Shown here: positions 27,301-27,893 of the stretch, one piece after another | How the letters are laid out: every line of letters begins with the position of its first letter | How positions within the stretch are numbered: position 1 is the stretch's first letter | Assembly: GCA_040830765.1 (NCBI GenBank) | Contig: JBFOMH010000016.1 | Coordinates: 1-27,893 of the forward strand | From: Puniceicoccaceae bacterium | GTDB lineage: Bacteria; Verrucomicrobiota; Verrucomicrobiia; Opitutales; Oceanipulchritudinaceae | Length of the DNA: 27,893 nt | Reading direction: 5' to 3' | Notes under the pieces: model-generated | What the model was told of the DNA's origin: nothing | The model's input: the letters and a program-made list of their open reading frames with translations, nothing else | The model's database searches: none | Translations under genes and position numbers: made by a program

Positions 27301-27663
27301 CGTGGGCGTCGTGCCTGTTGACTTGCAGTAAATACGCTCATCGGCCTCTGGGGCCTCCTTGGGCCAGCGCGCCAGCTGCTGGCGAACACCGTCGGCATAC
27401 AGTTCGCAGCTGATCCCCCCGATACCTGTTTTCCAGACACCATCGCCTGCTTCGGTCCATTCGGTCAGCTGCTGTCCGCCGTAAAGGTTCACTCTGGCGC
27501 CCTCGGCGGCGCGGATGGTCAGGCTGTGCTTGCCGGTTATCCGGATGGGTTGCTGGAGGAAGTAATCCCCTCCCTGTAATTCGAGAATAGCTCCATCAAC
27601 GGCTGCTTCAAGTTGCTGGTGGAGGGTGTCGGGGCCGACGGAAATGACAGGGCTGAGGCTCAT
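24304..27663 (-). CDS. Right-handed parallel beta-helix glycan-active enzyme (GH141-like) with C-terminal beta-sandwich domains
   Basis: 'LYADGVRQQLARWP', 'LLTAEGEFHID', PbH1-type repeats (NCTVHHTG, NCHIHNIG, NNHIHHLG, NNLIHHS), 'QDTGLI', 'GIYLDD'; C-terminal 'GNNVWWKADDATF...QSGIMVRAS' ConA-like module. No evident signal peptide. Confidence 0.75.
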   Translation of the reverse strand: MSLSPVISVGPDTLHQQLEAAVDGAILELQGGDYFLQQPIRITGKHSLTIRAAEGARVNLYGGQQLTEWTEAGDGVWKTGIGGISCELYADGVRQQLARWPKEAPEADERIYCKSTGTTPTETRKRAFKIEPADFPTLEDGDELTAFLWPSGPTGEYNWHSVHLPCRLNGNVVELSKDTWFDLGRGTRFYLLDHPSLLTAEGEFHIDREKMEIHYMPEGGSPEGKQVILPLMKNIIEIRESSGIVIEGITLAYTDRQEFIDGEVFDQDEAAVFITDNSSNITVRNCTVHHTGLNGITMYRRAQRVTVENCHIHNIGHTGVRAYGDWVSEAYMNKEHLVLNNHIHHLGERVGQCAGVQLLQSGDCTIANNLIHHSSRYAISLISPNTPSFIREAFFPKEDYVPSFKARWYTYVRNNLVYRNEVYDCCRDSQDTGLIQGFRSGEGNVVSDNIVRDSEVPFSFGNGIYLDDCCDGWTVKNNLVYNLNHHGGGKLYNVLTLKGIGNVAENNRFINNKVEVSGVISTFSGGTKENYNLVARLNIFHENQSAMIGNADWQPARFRESNRNLVYESSGNYYIRGGLGLESDIPFYKWQRAGFDTESRIRKAQFTDEEACDFRLKYTSPAWALGVAEINYGKIGLGESYTREHGQGEQRRIQRLFAEVSSDDEDASGDLLEGNSWLSRRSGESLVLKWYGRCGKLLMHRGLSPSLSLTEGDPSGIEIKDGHIKLLRKGVYSIKAEIGDAVSTLDFLVDEVVTAIRWASIPEKVVLGEKYATGLVGTTDLGREFALDAERISINAGARLIRGDLFFTDAGLARITVQACGQAWELETEVCLDRVKDLVPELRKIAILGQAHPVKLLAIMNSGRQLHVDDFAVEGDDFVHEGDVLQFSKVGEQKLTFRYEGVISEFYIRVIPSAQLPDGYEISQYGKEEGTALTAEDGTIEFYSNGNNVWWKADDATFLRKEMPSEKLQVEMVIHSVEAPHRDAQSGIMVRASDSADSRNIHFRTTADGELMVAVRKEDGIQTLPVLGASPWAKFGANEGGKTELDDRVADGVAFPVHLKLTCTGGVFSFYFKQEGTWDKLGEVALDMPETCLVGASYIAVDINHAGMSRFTLDCKTVS

Positions 27664-27763
27664 GGCTTGGGTCTTGGATTAAGAGGCAGTTTTAGTTTTT
27701 GTGGGGAGGTATTTGGGATTAAGGCCCCATTGAGCAACCGATTTCAATGGGCATCAGATGATT

Positions 27764-27783
27764 AAATTCGGGGAGCCGTATGG
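27764..27783. promoter_or_regulatory. Candidate operator, copy 7 with one core mismatch (AAATTCG GGGAGC CGTATGG)
   Basis: TTCG-N6-CGTA, 100 nt upstream of the beta-helix gene start at 27663. Confidence 0.45.
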
Positions 27784-27893
27784 ATCTTGGCCAGGCCATC
27801 AGGTTGTTCCTTGAACTGCTGTATATCCGCGATTCTTCTAGCCAGGATAATCTGTTTCCAGTGCGGGAGTACAGCCGAATATACAGCCCGCCC

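Noticed and set aside
27719..27893. Possible 3' end of a minus-strand gene entering from the right edge
   Set aside because: Two frames are open for only about 45-60 codons with no recognisable motif; cannot be distinguished from non-coding DNA within this window.
1..27893. CRISPR arrays, IS elements, integrases, rRNA/tRNA and defence systems
   Set aside because: No regularly spaced repeats, transposase or integrase motifs, or RNA-gene signatures were seen; nearly all the sequence is accounted for by carbohydrate-related CDSs.

Overview
This window is a dense carbohydrate-utilisation locus, probably from a Verrucomicrobiota (Opitutia-like) bacterium, judged from the 'VIELSPFEV' TonB-receptor N-terminus and a VPEPSTYAL-type PEP-CTERM protein. 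Uptake and surface genes: two paralogous GPH/MelB-type MFS symporters flanking a SusD-less TonB-dependent receptor, and a PEP-CTERM protein. Enzymes: a GH39 glycosidase; a minus-strand operon (xylose-isomerase-like, unannotated class I aldolase-like, PfkB kinase, esterase) divergent from an AraC regulator; an AT-richer sulfatase plus SGNH acetylesterase pair; a plus-strand run of two paralogous uncharacterised (alpha/alpha)-barrel proteins, a GH65 phosphorylase fused to beta-phosphoglucomutase and a UroD/MtaA-fold protein; and a large beta-helix enzyme. The three strongest observations are (1) a palindrome, TTCG-N6-CGAA, upstream of most transcription units (5 exact and 2 one-mismatch copies), a candidate regulon operator; (2) an isomerase-kinase-aldolase operon that may be an undescribed ketose-1-phosphate catabolic route; and (3) a tandem pair from an apparently unclassified glycan-active family. 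No rRNA, tRNA, CRISPR or mobile element is supported. All family calls come from motif recognition by eye; no database searches were run.
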